64,000 nt of DNA from Kudoa neothunni (lineage: Eukaryota; Animalia; Cnidaria): contig OZ199839.1 of NCBI GenBank assembly GCA_964304625.1, positions 6,636,034 through 6,700,033 on the forward strand, in the 5' to 3' direction. Below, in pieces: positions 1 to 11,180 of the stretch; position 1 is the first letter of the stretch; every line of letters begins with the position of its first letter. The notes beneath the pieces are model-generated. The model was given only the letters and a program-made list of their open reading frames with translations. It was not told the DNA's origin and ran no database searches. Both the position numbers and the translations under genes were made by a program.

Positions 1-544
1 GAAAGTAAAATTAATAACGCGAAATGTTTTAAGGTCTATTAGACCCAAAAGCACTCGGAAGGTTAAAGAATTAGATGAAGCATTGGTTTCAACTTTCGAA
101 TTATCGGATGACGTATCACGCATAAAGGCATAATCCATGTCTGAAGAATCAGTATCAGAACAGCTGCCGCTAGATTCATTCGAGCTCATTACATCAATGT
201 CAGCTTGGCGCACGCGCATTGCAATATGTCCAGTACTATTTGTTGATTTAAACAATAATTCGTCGACGAAAGTATATCGAATTTAACAAAAAAATATTAT
301 TTTTTATTCGGAAGAATTTAATCAAAAAAATGTAGGGTGTAAAAATACCCCAATTTTACTCGGAGGGTATTTTTGCGTTATATTTTATTTTACAAACAAA
401 AAATTTCTATCAGGTAGATTATGTATAATAAAATGTTAGAAGATTAGATGGAATATACAAAATTTCACTCTTAGATTTGAGGTAAAAAATTAAAGACTAA
501 ATAGGCCTGGGTATAAAAATACCCCATTTTACTTGGAAGGTTAA
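1..544. mobile_element. piggyBac-like element ends (decayed)
   Basis: Two related termini ending ...CTCGGAAGG-TTAA (~62) and ...CTTGGAAGG-TTAA (~540), plus an internal repeat GGGT.TAAAAATACCCC at ~335 and ~510. Confidence 0.45.
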
Positions 545-1400
545 ACAAAGCGCCGAAATGATTTCGTTCCATTTAAACCAAAAATCAATTGAGATTTTAA
601 GGAATAGTTTACTTTTCCATTTTTATATTTTGTTTAATATTTTTTACTTTACGAAAATAATTAAAAATATAGTATCAAAAGAGTCTTTTACTAGTCGTAA
701 TTCAGACACATTATTTATATTAATAAAAAGAATTATAAAACTGATTAAATTGAAATAAGAAATTTCCTCACTAAAAAGAATAAAAAATTGTGTACAGTGA
801 TAACTTTGGTGGTTATCTTCCAATTTAATTCATGTGGAATAATCCAATCTTTTTTGCTTTAAGATGTAACTAAATATTGAATTCGTAAATATATTTACAT
901 CAAAATTCAGAAATAATATATTCATTTAATGAGAAGAATGAATAGCTTCTAAGATAGTTTTAAAAATTTCTCGCTAACTTATGACGAAATTAAATGCATT
1001 TTATAAAAATTCCACGTCCACACTTCTATTCATAAAATTAAAAAGTGATACTACGGATTTTTATTAATTAAAATAGATTGCAGAGAAAAATCCTTACATT
1101 AATTAGTGTTTCGATTTGGAAGCATAAAATCGAATGGATATCTTTATTTATGCATCGATAGACTTTTTATTGCGTAATGAAAAAACATATTACAAATAAT
1201 TTATGGATTTATGATATATATATATATATACATATAAAATTGATTAATATATAAAATAGAATTCTAATATGTACAAATCAAACTGTTTATTTTTAAATAT
1301 TATTTTATTTTTTTACCTAAACTTTTTAGCAAACATTTCTAACAAATAAAATAATTTTGCTTTGTATGAGCCGTATTTATTTATCCACATTAATAGCTAT

Positions 1401-1524
1401 TCATAAATGTCAGTGAATTAATCATATTAATGAACTATGAATAAATTGAGCACTGAGTACGTCTTAACGTAGGCAATTGATACTTAATATCATTTATAAA
1501 CGATTTTTTACATTATTGTGAATT
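1401..1524 (+). promoter_or_regulatory. Conserved upstream/core promoter block of the Kunitz paralogs (also ~14714-14836, ~31180-31306, ~41236-41360, ~50846-50964, and 60002-60125 on -)
   Basis: Shared non-coding motif CATA.ATGTCAGT.AATCAATCAGATTAATGAACTATGAAT.AATTGA, then TATAAA 30-31 nt before the ATG in all six copies. Confidence 0.7.
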
Positions 1525-2907
1525 ATGTTGGTGCTTTCATTATTTTCTCTTTTCTTAGCAATTGTTACCGCCGGTGACTAACCTGATTCGTTATTTATAT
1601 TTATTTATTTTGTATAGAGAGAGCTCTACCTTCTTATGAAAAAGATGCAGGTCAGCCACCAGCCTGGTTGGCGGATGATGCCGAAAAAGCAAAGGCCGCT
1701 GTAGAAAGATGGTATATTGACAAAGATGACGCCACTTGCAAACCTTTTATTTATCTGGGGTCCCTCGGAAATTTCAACAACTTTGTTTCAAGATCTGCTT
1801 GCAACGAACATCGTACATTGCGCATAATTTATTTTAGCGTTTAATATGGAAATAGTAAAATTTAAACCAGAAGAACAAGCGGATGCTTGTGGTCAACCCA
1901 AAGCAGATGGAAATTGTGGTTTAAACGGGCGATAGAATGCTAAAGAGATGGTATTTCAACAAGGATACTGTCGAAGGAAAGACAGCCGCTTGCCACAGCT
2001 TCAAATACAACGGATGTGGTGGAAACGCAAACAACTTTAAATCAGAGTTGGAATGCAAACAAGCTTGTCAAAGTGATTCTCGCATTAATACATAGAATGT
2101 TTGAAATAAAATATTGAACAAATGATACAATTAATTCATATTAATGTTAACAGATAACGTAAATGGTGGAATGTCTCAAGGACCATTCGACGCTAACACC
2201 ATGACAGCTACTCCAAATGTATTTGATTGTAAGTTTTTACCCCAAGTAAAAACTGCCCAACCAAAAATGGGAATTGTTCCCCACAAAGACGGAAATAGAT
2301 GTGTTTATGCTGCTATTGGAGCGACAGCAACGAGAGGATTTTTCGACGATTTACCAACATGTGTAAAGGCTTGCATAAGTATATAATACAAAATAGTCAA
2401 TATACTATTTATCTCAAATAGGAAATAAAGTTGCAGCATGCGACGCTACAGGCCCATATCAAGTTCCATCAGAGTCAGCAGTCACAGATGGTGTAAATGA
2501 GTACTTCTACTTTAACAAAACCCTAGCATTATGCTTACCCTTTATGTCAAAAACAGTAACAGAAACCACAAACATTAACGATGGTGCATTAAACATATTT
2601 AGCTCTGTTGAGCTTTGTGCAAGTTTCTGTCCCGCAAGTATTGATTAAATTGATAATAATATTTAATTTAAATAAAGTTGCTCAAATTGGCCAATTAACT
2701 GCAGTGGAAGCTTGCAAACTCCCAAAAGCTGGAGAATCAAGTGACACTGATACATACAAAATTAGTAGACATTATTATGACCATACTGCAACGACTGAGC
2801 CAAAATGCAAGGGATTTACTTTCAACGGAAAAGACATGAATCTGAATAATTTCAAGGATAAAAATGACTGTGATAAAATTTGCAGGGATCCTTTGTCAAC
2901 CTCCTAG
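1525..2907 (+). CDS. Secreted five-Kunitz-like-domain protein, paralog 1 (6 exons; one +1 frameshift at ~1927-1929)
   Basis: Manual splice model: exons 1525-1573, 1618-1812, 1856-2072, 2154-2378, 2422-2637, 2678-2907; phase-1 GT-AG introns of 44, 43, 81, 43 and 40 nt. Signal peptide MLVLSLFSLFLAIVTA. Kunitz motifs [36 protein letters not shown] and F.FNG...NLNNF...DC..IC. An extra G in 'aacgggcgatag' relative to the paralogs gives a premature TAG. Confidence 0.85.
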
Positions 2908-3513
2908 TCAAATCATCTAATTCTATATTATTATAGTTTAACTTATTTACGAGCTTTAATCTATTGATTATATTATACGTTATTACTTTTGAGATTTTCA
3001 GTCGTCAAAAGTATACAATTATCCATTAATGTACTGATTATAGTAACTATTTATTTAAAAAATTTAGTCATACTTCAAAAAATGAGGATGAATCAAGATT
3101 TATCCACTAAGGACGCAAAAATTACCCCACAAAATTTTTCATCCGATATAAATATGTTTATTAAATAAATTTCACTAATAATAAAATAATATATTTTAGA
3201 GTATGTTTAAGTTAAAAATAAACTATTGGAGAGTAGTTCTCATTATTCAAATTATGTTTCATTTATCTAATAGTATCACTAGGTTGTTATTATTTAGTTG
3301 ATTCAGTTGTTCCATTATTGAAAATGATAATAAAATAATGGAAATATAAGTTTTAAAAATTAATATAAAACTAAAAAAAATTTAATGTGATCATCATATT
3401 TGTTTGACGTGTGTTTTGTAACCAAGTCTGAAATTTCAATCCGAACGATTAATTTTTTCTGAAGAGTGTGAGCAAATATTAAATCTGGGTCTTTTGATTT
3501 CGGATTCATTTTA

Positions 3514-3810
3514 GACAGTGGCTGTTCTCATCGAAACAAATAACTCTTCCGTTATAGATGATATTTCAAATGTTAATTCGAATTTAGCTATTTTTAATCT
3601 TATTTTTTATGTAAAAATTGTTTGAAAATTTAAAGAATAAAAATTCAACACTTTGTTTGTCCACTTTACACTGTTCAATACGTACACTCACATTTCTTGA
3701 GCCTAATATTGTGTTATATAAACATTTTAATTGAAATGAAAATTAAAAACATTTACTATTAAGTAGAAACTGTTCCTTTCGTACATTCTTGTGTCACCCA
3801 CCATGTTTGA
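3514..3810 (+). repeat. Dispersed repeat (transposon terminus); second copy at ~60328-60630
   Basis: About 300 nt of direct similarity, from GACAGTGGCT.TTCTCAT.GA.AC.AATAACTCTTCCGTTAT to CATTCTTGTGTCACCCACC. Confidence 0.75.
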
Positions 3811-3865
3811 AATTCGGGGATGGCAATTTCGATCGTGCGCCGCCTTTTCGTTCGTTTTCCTTTAA

Positions 3866-4345
3866 TTGTTCTCCATTATGATGAATATAATTGAAGTGAA
3901 AAACAAAATTGAGAAAGCGGAGCTTTTTCTTTGGAAAAAGTCCTCCATTCGAAGCAAAGAATGGGAACATTTTCTTCATATTTTCGAGAGACATCAGGAT
4001 GAATCGTTCCAGATCCCGTTTGTTATACGCATTAGATGCAATATGATTATTTCACATAATTCTCTTAACGGAAATAGAAAAATTATAGACCATATCTCAA
4101 TATGCACTCCTCGGTTACCGATTGTTCAATTTACTTCTATCCCGACTGCATTATCTATACCAGAAAAGAATCTTTTACATGAGAAGATTTCAAATTTTGT
4201 GGTCGATACTCTAAGCCCTTTCAAGATCGTCGAAAATAAAAGTTTTATCGATTTGATTGAGTATGCGTATAATTTGGGTGGTAAACATGGAAGCAGAACC
4301 CTCCTACAGGCGGCATCAATAATTAATTGGTTAACAATTAATTGA
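3866..4345 (+). mobile_element. hAT (Hermes/hobo-like) transposase N-terminal remnant
   Basis: BED-finger-like SKEWEHF...RC...H and Hermes dimerisation-like VVDTLSPFKIVENKSFIDLIEYAYNLG; truncated. Confidence 0.6.
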
Positions 4346-4449
4346 TTTCTAAATTTTTTTAATTGCAAAAATTGATTGCAAACGTAAAAATTAATTTTTG
4401 ATGATCCCTGATCTACAATGTTATGTGGAACATTATTCTATTAACATTA

Positions 4450-5400
4450 AGCGATAAGAGTAGAAAAACTTTACATGAAACACTTTTGTTTGTCAATTTT
4501 TGGAGGGCGAAACTGATAACAATCTTCATCCCGACATTTATTTTTGGATGAGGAAGTAGGTTATGCGATTTATGCGCTTCGTTAATTGTTTGAAGTATGT
4601 TGTGTTAATTTCACAAAAAATATCTAATACTTCATGCTGCTGATCTAACTTTATGGGGGCCTTTCATCGTGACTTGGAGTGTTATATCAACCTCTATTTT
4701 CTTCTTAAGAATGCCGTCTGTATCTATCATTGTAATAGGATCAGAAGTTGGGTGGATTTCCTAAACAAGCTTAAAATGGTAGGTATAGCTATTTTTCCTG
4801 TTAAACATATCTTGAGTGTTTGAAAAATATGCACCTGTTCTGAAGAAATGTTGCTGATCGATTTTAAGCATGCATATGCAAATCTTCCAAGAAATACATT
4901 TTGTAAAATGTCGGTTCGCCTTAGTCTTATAGCTACGATGATCCAATTCCATGGCCAATTTGACCCTAAATCTTAAAGCAACCACAAATCCTGATTGGTT
5001 GAACTAAGATGAACGCATTAGTTTGAAAAGTGGCCTTGTATTATGTAGTTGTCTTTGAATATGCTTGTGGAAGTATTTTGAATTTTTTCGTCCGCAATTT
5101 CCAAGATTTTTCTTGTGACGAAATTTCGTTGGTAAGCATTTATAAGAATTCATGTTAAAAATTTAATCTACCTCATTGTTATAGGTATGATTCAACTGAA
5201 CAAGCCAATGAAAGAATTCAAGTAAAAATTCAATTTCGGATTCTATATCCTTTTATGCGTTGACTGTATAGTTGTATTCCGCTGCAATGCTTCACGTATA
5301 CGTCGATTTCTATTTGCTTTTCTTTGTTTCTTAAAACCAAGGATGTATCAAATAATTATGATGAGATTTAAACGAAATGAGGTTCATTTGTTTGTATTAT
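4450..5400 (-). mobile_element. Decayed Helitron Rep fragment
   Basis: Reverse-strand broken frames resemble the Helitron Rep motifs QQY.VDAY.KIE, PDLF and D.VARVF..KL. A similar remnant (HIRN.NN...LHG) lies at ~60667-60882. Confidence 0.5.
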
Positions 5401-5719
5401 AATTTTTTAAATTTATTTATATTAGGTTTTTTCATTTTCTCCTTAAATGTAAAAACTACTTACGTTATTAAGTAAAATTTTGTTGTTTCGTTTATGTCTG
5501 TTTATTTCGCGCAGTAAATTTTCGGCTGATTTTTATGCTATTAACATATTGAAACGTTTATTGTATTAAAAAAATATAAATTAAAGCAGTTTTATTTCAA
5601 TTTTTCCCCTGAATTAAATATTCCCAAACCTCGAGAGCAGCCGGGTATTACGGCTAGTTTATTATAAAATCAGAAGGTTTTCACGTGTGCAAAGGACGAA
5701 TTTGTGGAGGTGGATACTC

Positions 5720-6250
5720 CCCTGTTACCCATTTTTTGTTCAGGAGTTCTTTCCATGCTACCAAGAACCCATGCTCCGTTAACACCATGACCTCAGTTAT
5801 GTTTGACCTTGCCAAACACAGACTCATCAATCTCAATTATTATACTTTCTCCACCAATAACAATATCTTCAAATTCTAAACTATCGGACACCATTTTTCG
5901 AAGATAATGAGAATAATTAACTGATAGTTTGCGAAGAATGACCAGTGATTGTTGTCAGGTGGCCGCTCTTTACTCCTACCAACCAATAATAAGCCATGTG
6001 CCAAGAAATCATGGACTTTAATTTTCATATTTTCGAAAAAAGTTTATTCAAAAATAGAAATTTCTCTTCTGCAGGCCTTTGAGGAATATCACCAATTTTT
6101 TCTATGGATCGAAAATCGTGGTCCTTCACGATTGATACAGTTAGAAGGTGCATTGAAGATACCGATCTCGATAAGATAAATGATAGAGCTGCAAAATATG
6201 ATATCAAATGACTTCCTCGGTGCGATCATTTAGACAGAGTTAACAATTAA
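5720..6250 (-). mobile_element. Merlin/ISXO2-like transposase remnant
   Basis: The reverse strand reads IGGESIIIEIDESVFGKVKHN*GHGVNGAWVLGSMERTPE, matching the ISXO2 motif IEIDES.F..RK..RG...WV.G. Confidence 0.8.
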
Positions 6251-7338
6251 CATTCGGAAAATCATTAAATACAACACTTTGTTGTGTTTATTCCTAAAAA
6301 GTCGAAAGATTAGTGAGGGGTCGAAATCAAATGTAATCCCAATATTAATTTTTATTATAAAAGGAAATTATTATAATTGAAACATAGTAATTTATTTAAG
6401 TAGTATAAAACGGTAACAAAAAATTCTCCATTGGCGGAGGATTAATACGGCCCTGTGGGATTAACATTTGTAAATCTCCAAACAATCTTACTACAGTAAA
6501 ATTTTAACATTTCTGATAATAACACAATTAATTTTAAACTAATAAAAATCATTAAATAAACAATATATCAAAATTGGACAGTGACATTCGAACGTTAACA
6601 TAAATTTTTGAAAACGTGCCATTTTAAAATGCAATAATTTTTATCTTAATAATAAAATCCGGTACCTTTTATTATTTAAAAGGAAGCCTTTAAACATCAA
6701 AGAGGCAATCAGAAAATTATAGAGAAAGAAATTCGGTTTTCTATGAATTATGAACAAAATGCGTCTTTTGGGGTATCTGAGTGCCCCCTCGGACAGGCAG
6801 GGTTAACAGGTATTCATAAAACTATTACCTGTCATTTTGTTGTATGCCTCATTTACCTTTTAGTGGTGAAGCCTATTCATAATAATAATACTTAAAATGA
6901 CTATTGTCATGGTGTATTATGCTCAAGTTTCATTAGTTTTGACTATTTATAATTATTTCTAACCCTTAGAGCGAAAGAATGGGAAAAAACTAATTTGATG
7001 TGACAAAATCTAATAATCTAAATCTGTATACAGATTGTGAGTATGAGTTAGTGACATTAAAAATTGTCATTATGCAAGCGTAAGTGCCTTTTAGGACCAG
7101 AATTTACCCCTCAAATAGCCTCCGCTATAGCTAATCCAGTAAAAAACCTTAAGGTAAATATGAATTTGGTTTTCAAGTTAAGGGGGTAAATTTCGATTTT
7201 ACATCAGGCTGAGGGGGTAAATTTAAAAAAACAGTCGAGAACCCCTAAACTAATGACTTAGAATATCAAATAATGCTACGTGATCGAATCATTGCTATCA
7301 TAAATTCTACCTATAAACTATAATTAACGAAAATTAAT

Positions 7339-10300
7339 TTAATCTCTTTTTTTCTTCAGTACTACGATTCCAACTATCGCTGCGACCACAACCACGGCAG
7401 CGCAAGCAATAGTGATTCTAAACACAGTTAGTTCAAATATGCAGCATTCAAAAATGTTTACATAAATTTGGTTTTATCGCTAAAAAAATATTAAATTAAA
7501 TAAAAAACATATTACTAAGCTCACCCTGAACTACTCTTGGCACCTACGATACATAACATTAAATCACATTGTGAACAAATAATATACCTTGTTGTATGTC
7601 AGCACCTCCAAAAATTGTATTATCTTGAGCACTGTAAACAGTCACATAATAGTTATTTCCATCAGGTAAATTATTTATTTTGAATTCTTTACAGGTCACA
7701 AAAGCAGCACATCTGTCCACGTTTCTTCTCATGCAAGATCTTACTACTGCATTAGACTTGACACTACTGTTTACGTAACTCCCATTTGCAATTTTGATTC
7801 ATCGTTCATGCCAGCTGGAAGTGTGGTGGTTACAATGAAACTGTTCCCATCACGTGTAATGACGACTGATATCAATTTTGAGAAGTCAGTTGGGTTTAAT
7901 TGTGGTGCACCTAATGTAAGATTCGTTTAAGAAATTCTTAATAGTATCGTTCATCGAAGCGTTAATTGTAGTACTTGATTCTAGGATATGCTCTTTTTCT
8001 GAAGATTTTCCGATAGCTGTGACTAAAATTTTGTATGTATTTGCTGCTTCATACTCGGGAAATGTTATGGAACTGCAAAGCGGATTTGATGAACAGGTGT
8101 TTATGCTGTTAGCGGCACCAGCAAGCTGTGTATCTGAAGTGCCCGGAACTGAAGATTTCGCTGCCGTCATTGGGCCACCATCTGCTACCATTGGCACAGC
8201 AATTCTAGCTATGTTGAGATCTACAGAACTTGAACTGGAAGGAGTATCTGAAACGGGATTTGGTGCTACTGGAGTGGCAACAGGTGTCGTTACTTTCGGC
8301 ATCACTGGACATGTGTAATAGTCCGATGTAATCGTTACCACTCTTCTTTCGTATGACATAACTACAAGTTGCACTTGGATCTGCAGCATTTAATCGTGCC
8401 CTCAATGACAAACCATCCAATGTGATCTTGTGTGTTATCGTTAATGTTGTCAATGCTATTAAAATTTAAATAGCAAATTATAACTTCAATAACCTGTTCG
8501 TATATCTGGGTAATCTTTTATGCCGTAATTCTTATCCGCGATCACCCTGATGTCATAAGGTGCGTTTGGCTCAAGGTCTTCTATCGTAACTTGTTCACTG
8601 CAAATTCCTCTACATGGGGTATCGCCATTTGCATTTCGCGTGGTAAAAGCTATCTAATCCAGCCGGACTCACCAAATACTCACAGGTAGGTTCATTTTTC
8701 TTATCTTGAAGTGAAGTTGTGGTAGCAGCCATAGCTGTAAGAGAGACTGTCGTGTCTGTCTTCGTAGGATCGGTAGTTCCATAATCTTTGTTGTCTCCTT
8801 TTGCTATATAATTCGTTATTTTTTAAAATAAGTATATTGATTTACTTGTTCTTATGAATATATATTCTTTGAAATCATTCGGATCAGTAATGCCAACAGG
8901 TGTAATTTCAATCATGTAAGCTTTTCCCCGCTGCAAGTCCTTGAAGCACCGATTTTGTGCAATCAGTTCTGCACTTATTATTACTACCATTGCTCTCAGA
9001 GCTGCACGTTGTCTCTGATGGAGTTGATGGTTTAATGTTGTCTGCGAAGTAGGGCTTAAGAGTGCATCCAGTCATTTTTGGATCAGAGCCCTCTTTTAAT
9101 AATGGACCTTCAAACGTCACACCAGTCTTGGTATAACGGGAAAGCAAACCTTCGCCTGATTCAGTAAATGCTAAAGAAAATATTAAAAAATGCATGTTAA
9201 TACAAGGATTACCATATTTAGTTTGTTCGTGGCCGTCCAACTCAGCACCTGTAACCTTTATGTTGTTATGCCTTGTTTGGATTAAAATTTTATAAATCCT
9301 TTTGTCAGGAATGCCATTGAGTTCGATATACTTACAAGGTGCATAACAACTCTTGTCGGTTCCACCACAAACTGAAGTATACGATGGATTTGTTTGCTGA
9401 CTGTTGACCATCTTTAATACTGAATAGGCATATTTCAGACGACGGGGAGTTAGTGAATTTTAATTCCCCACTTTGTTTTCATTTTTAGACACAATAATAA
9501 AACTGGGGCTTATAAATGTCTATGTTTTTCTTCATATATTGATTAGGCATACTGTAAAAGAAACTGGGATAATTTTCGCACCTTACTTCGTAATGCGGTA
9601 ACAACAAATCTAAATCAACTTTGTTTTCTGTATTATCACTAATACAATCTGCACCTTTGTCACCATTTACATATTTAATATCTTTATAATAAATAGGACA
9701 ATTAACTATTGCACCATGTTTTTGTTGCAATTTTCAGCTTATTGTCTGAACTGTCTGTAGGACACAGTAATTTGTGGATTAACCAACAACGCTAAATTTA
9801 ATTTATGTTTTATGTCAAATTTAGTTGATTTACATATTGAATACCCAAATACTTTTGCTTCTGCTCCGTGAGTTTTCGTTTTAACATTAGTAGTGGTATC
9901 GCCTACGTAGACGAATATGTATTTGGTTCTTGGTGACAGCTTCTTGTAATCAATTGTATTCTGATTAGTAGCACAATCGACAACACACCTGTTCTCAGAA
10001 TCTTCAACTTTAGCAGTGCAACCGTCGATATCCTTAAATTCAGCTGTTGTTGGAGCACTAGGATTAGCTGTAATTTCCGCCTCGTTAGATCGCTTTAAAA
10101 GGCATTTTTTGTCTGCTGTTCCATATTCAGAGCCTCCAAGGTTGAGTTTAATTTCGTCGGAATTACGAGATGTACCTTTCACAATCTGGTATTCAGTGTT
10201 TTTTGTTGGAGCTGGAGCGGCAGCAGTAGAACTCGGACTTGCAACAGCATTGGGATGTGCTTGATATTAAATCACCTAAACTTGTATTCGTATTAAAATT

Positions 10301-10350
10301 AACTCAGGAAGATACTTAAAATAAGGTAGAAAAATCCAACTATTTTTCAT
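7339..10350 (-). CDS. Type I membrane surface protein with about 6 Cys-rich FN3-like repeats (many single-base indels: pseudogene or consensus errors)
   Basis: Signal peptide MKIVGFFYLILSDLISA after removing two extra A's. Repeated L-x-P-x3-Y-x-[IFV]-x-[VI] tyrosine-corner-like motifs: KLSPRTKYIFVYV, GIPDKRIYKILI, DLEPNAPYDIRVIA, EYEAANTYKILV, NLPDGNNYYVTV. Introns of 38-45 nt. The last exon (7339-7417) encodes TM ITIACAAVVVVAAIVGIVVL followed by KKKRD*. Confidence 0.7.
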
Positions 10351-11104
10351 GGTTGACGATTAAATGATCTACCAATTGATGGTTCGGAATACAATTGACC
10401 CGAATTTCACTCATTTGTGATATAATGATTCATTTCATTGTCTGATGACAAAAATTAGACTAGAAAATAATTATTCAAGTAATTGAAACATTAAACAAAC
10501 AATTGTTTACAATCTAGCTCAAATCGATATGGTAAATTAATTATGACTTTTAATGGAACTAAAGTTCTTCCGTGATACATTGTTTTTAGGACAATATCGA
10601 AGTAAAATATTAAGCTTTAGCATAATAATTGTAACATTATTTATTATAGAAAGTATTTAGTATTATTCCAATCATTTACTAAACGAATCAGTTCCTCGGG
10701 ACATCAAAATCATGTATCAATGTATATATAGTAAGACTTCGATATATCGTGATTCGATATAGTGTAATTAATGATTGTTCAATGTTTGTCAACATAAAAG
10801 GTTTAACAAATTCTGTTTATTAGCCTTTGACAAATCGTAAATACTATACTTAATTTTTGGGTTCAATCAAATTTGAAATTATAGAATCGTTGTCTTCGCT
10901 ATTTGCATGGCTTTTCTGATAAAATAATCCCATTAGTCCTATATTTTTCTTATTAAAAAAGATAATGTTAATAATATCCTCAGAGAAGCATGGAAAAAAA
11001 TACGAATAACTCAAGGGCTGACCTTTCATATAGGGGCCCCTAATCCTCCGCCGTCTTTCCTATTAAAGATTATTTCTCCTGTAAAGAAATTGTAAAATAT
11101 TCTC

Positions 11105-11180
11105 TACTAGCACAAAAGCCCCGCTTCTTGAAGGCTTCCTTTCCCAGCTAAGTAGACTAAAACTTGGCGCAGGACTAAAG
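11105..11180 (-). mobile_element. Helitron-like 3' termini (related copies at ~13375-13470 and ~16405-16500; a + strand 3' end at ~5622-5657)
   Basis: A GC-rich imperfect hairpin followed after about 10 nt by CTAG-T (ACTAG on +), the canonical Helitron 3' end. Confidence 0.55.

Noticed and set aside
1921-1945. Programmed frameshifting or stop-codon reassignment in the Kunitz genes
   Set aside because: The lesions are at different, non-conserved positions in each copy, and three copies are intact under the standard code.
7911-7955. Apparent non-canonical (GA-AG) intron in the FN3-like gene
   Set aside because: Restoring one missing G gives a normal 44-nt phase-1 GT-AG intron, and this gene has many other single-base indels.
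8019-8318. Plus-strand ORFs overlapping the FN3-like gene (also 10016-10264), and antisense ORFs over the Kunitz exons
   Set aside because: They are shadow frames of the real coding strand, with no independent motifs.
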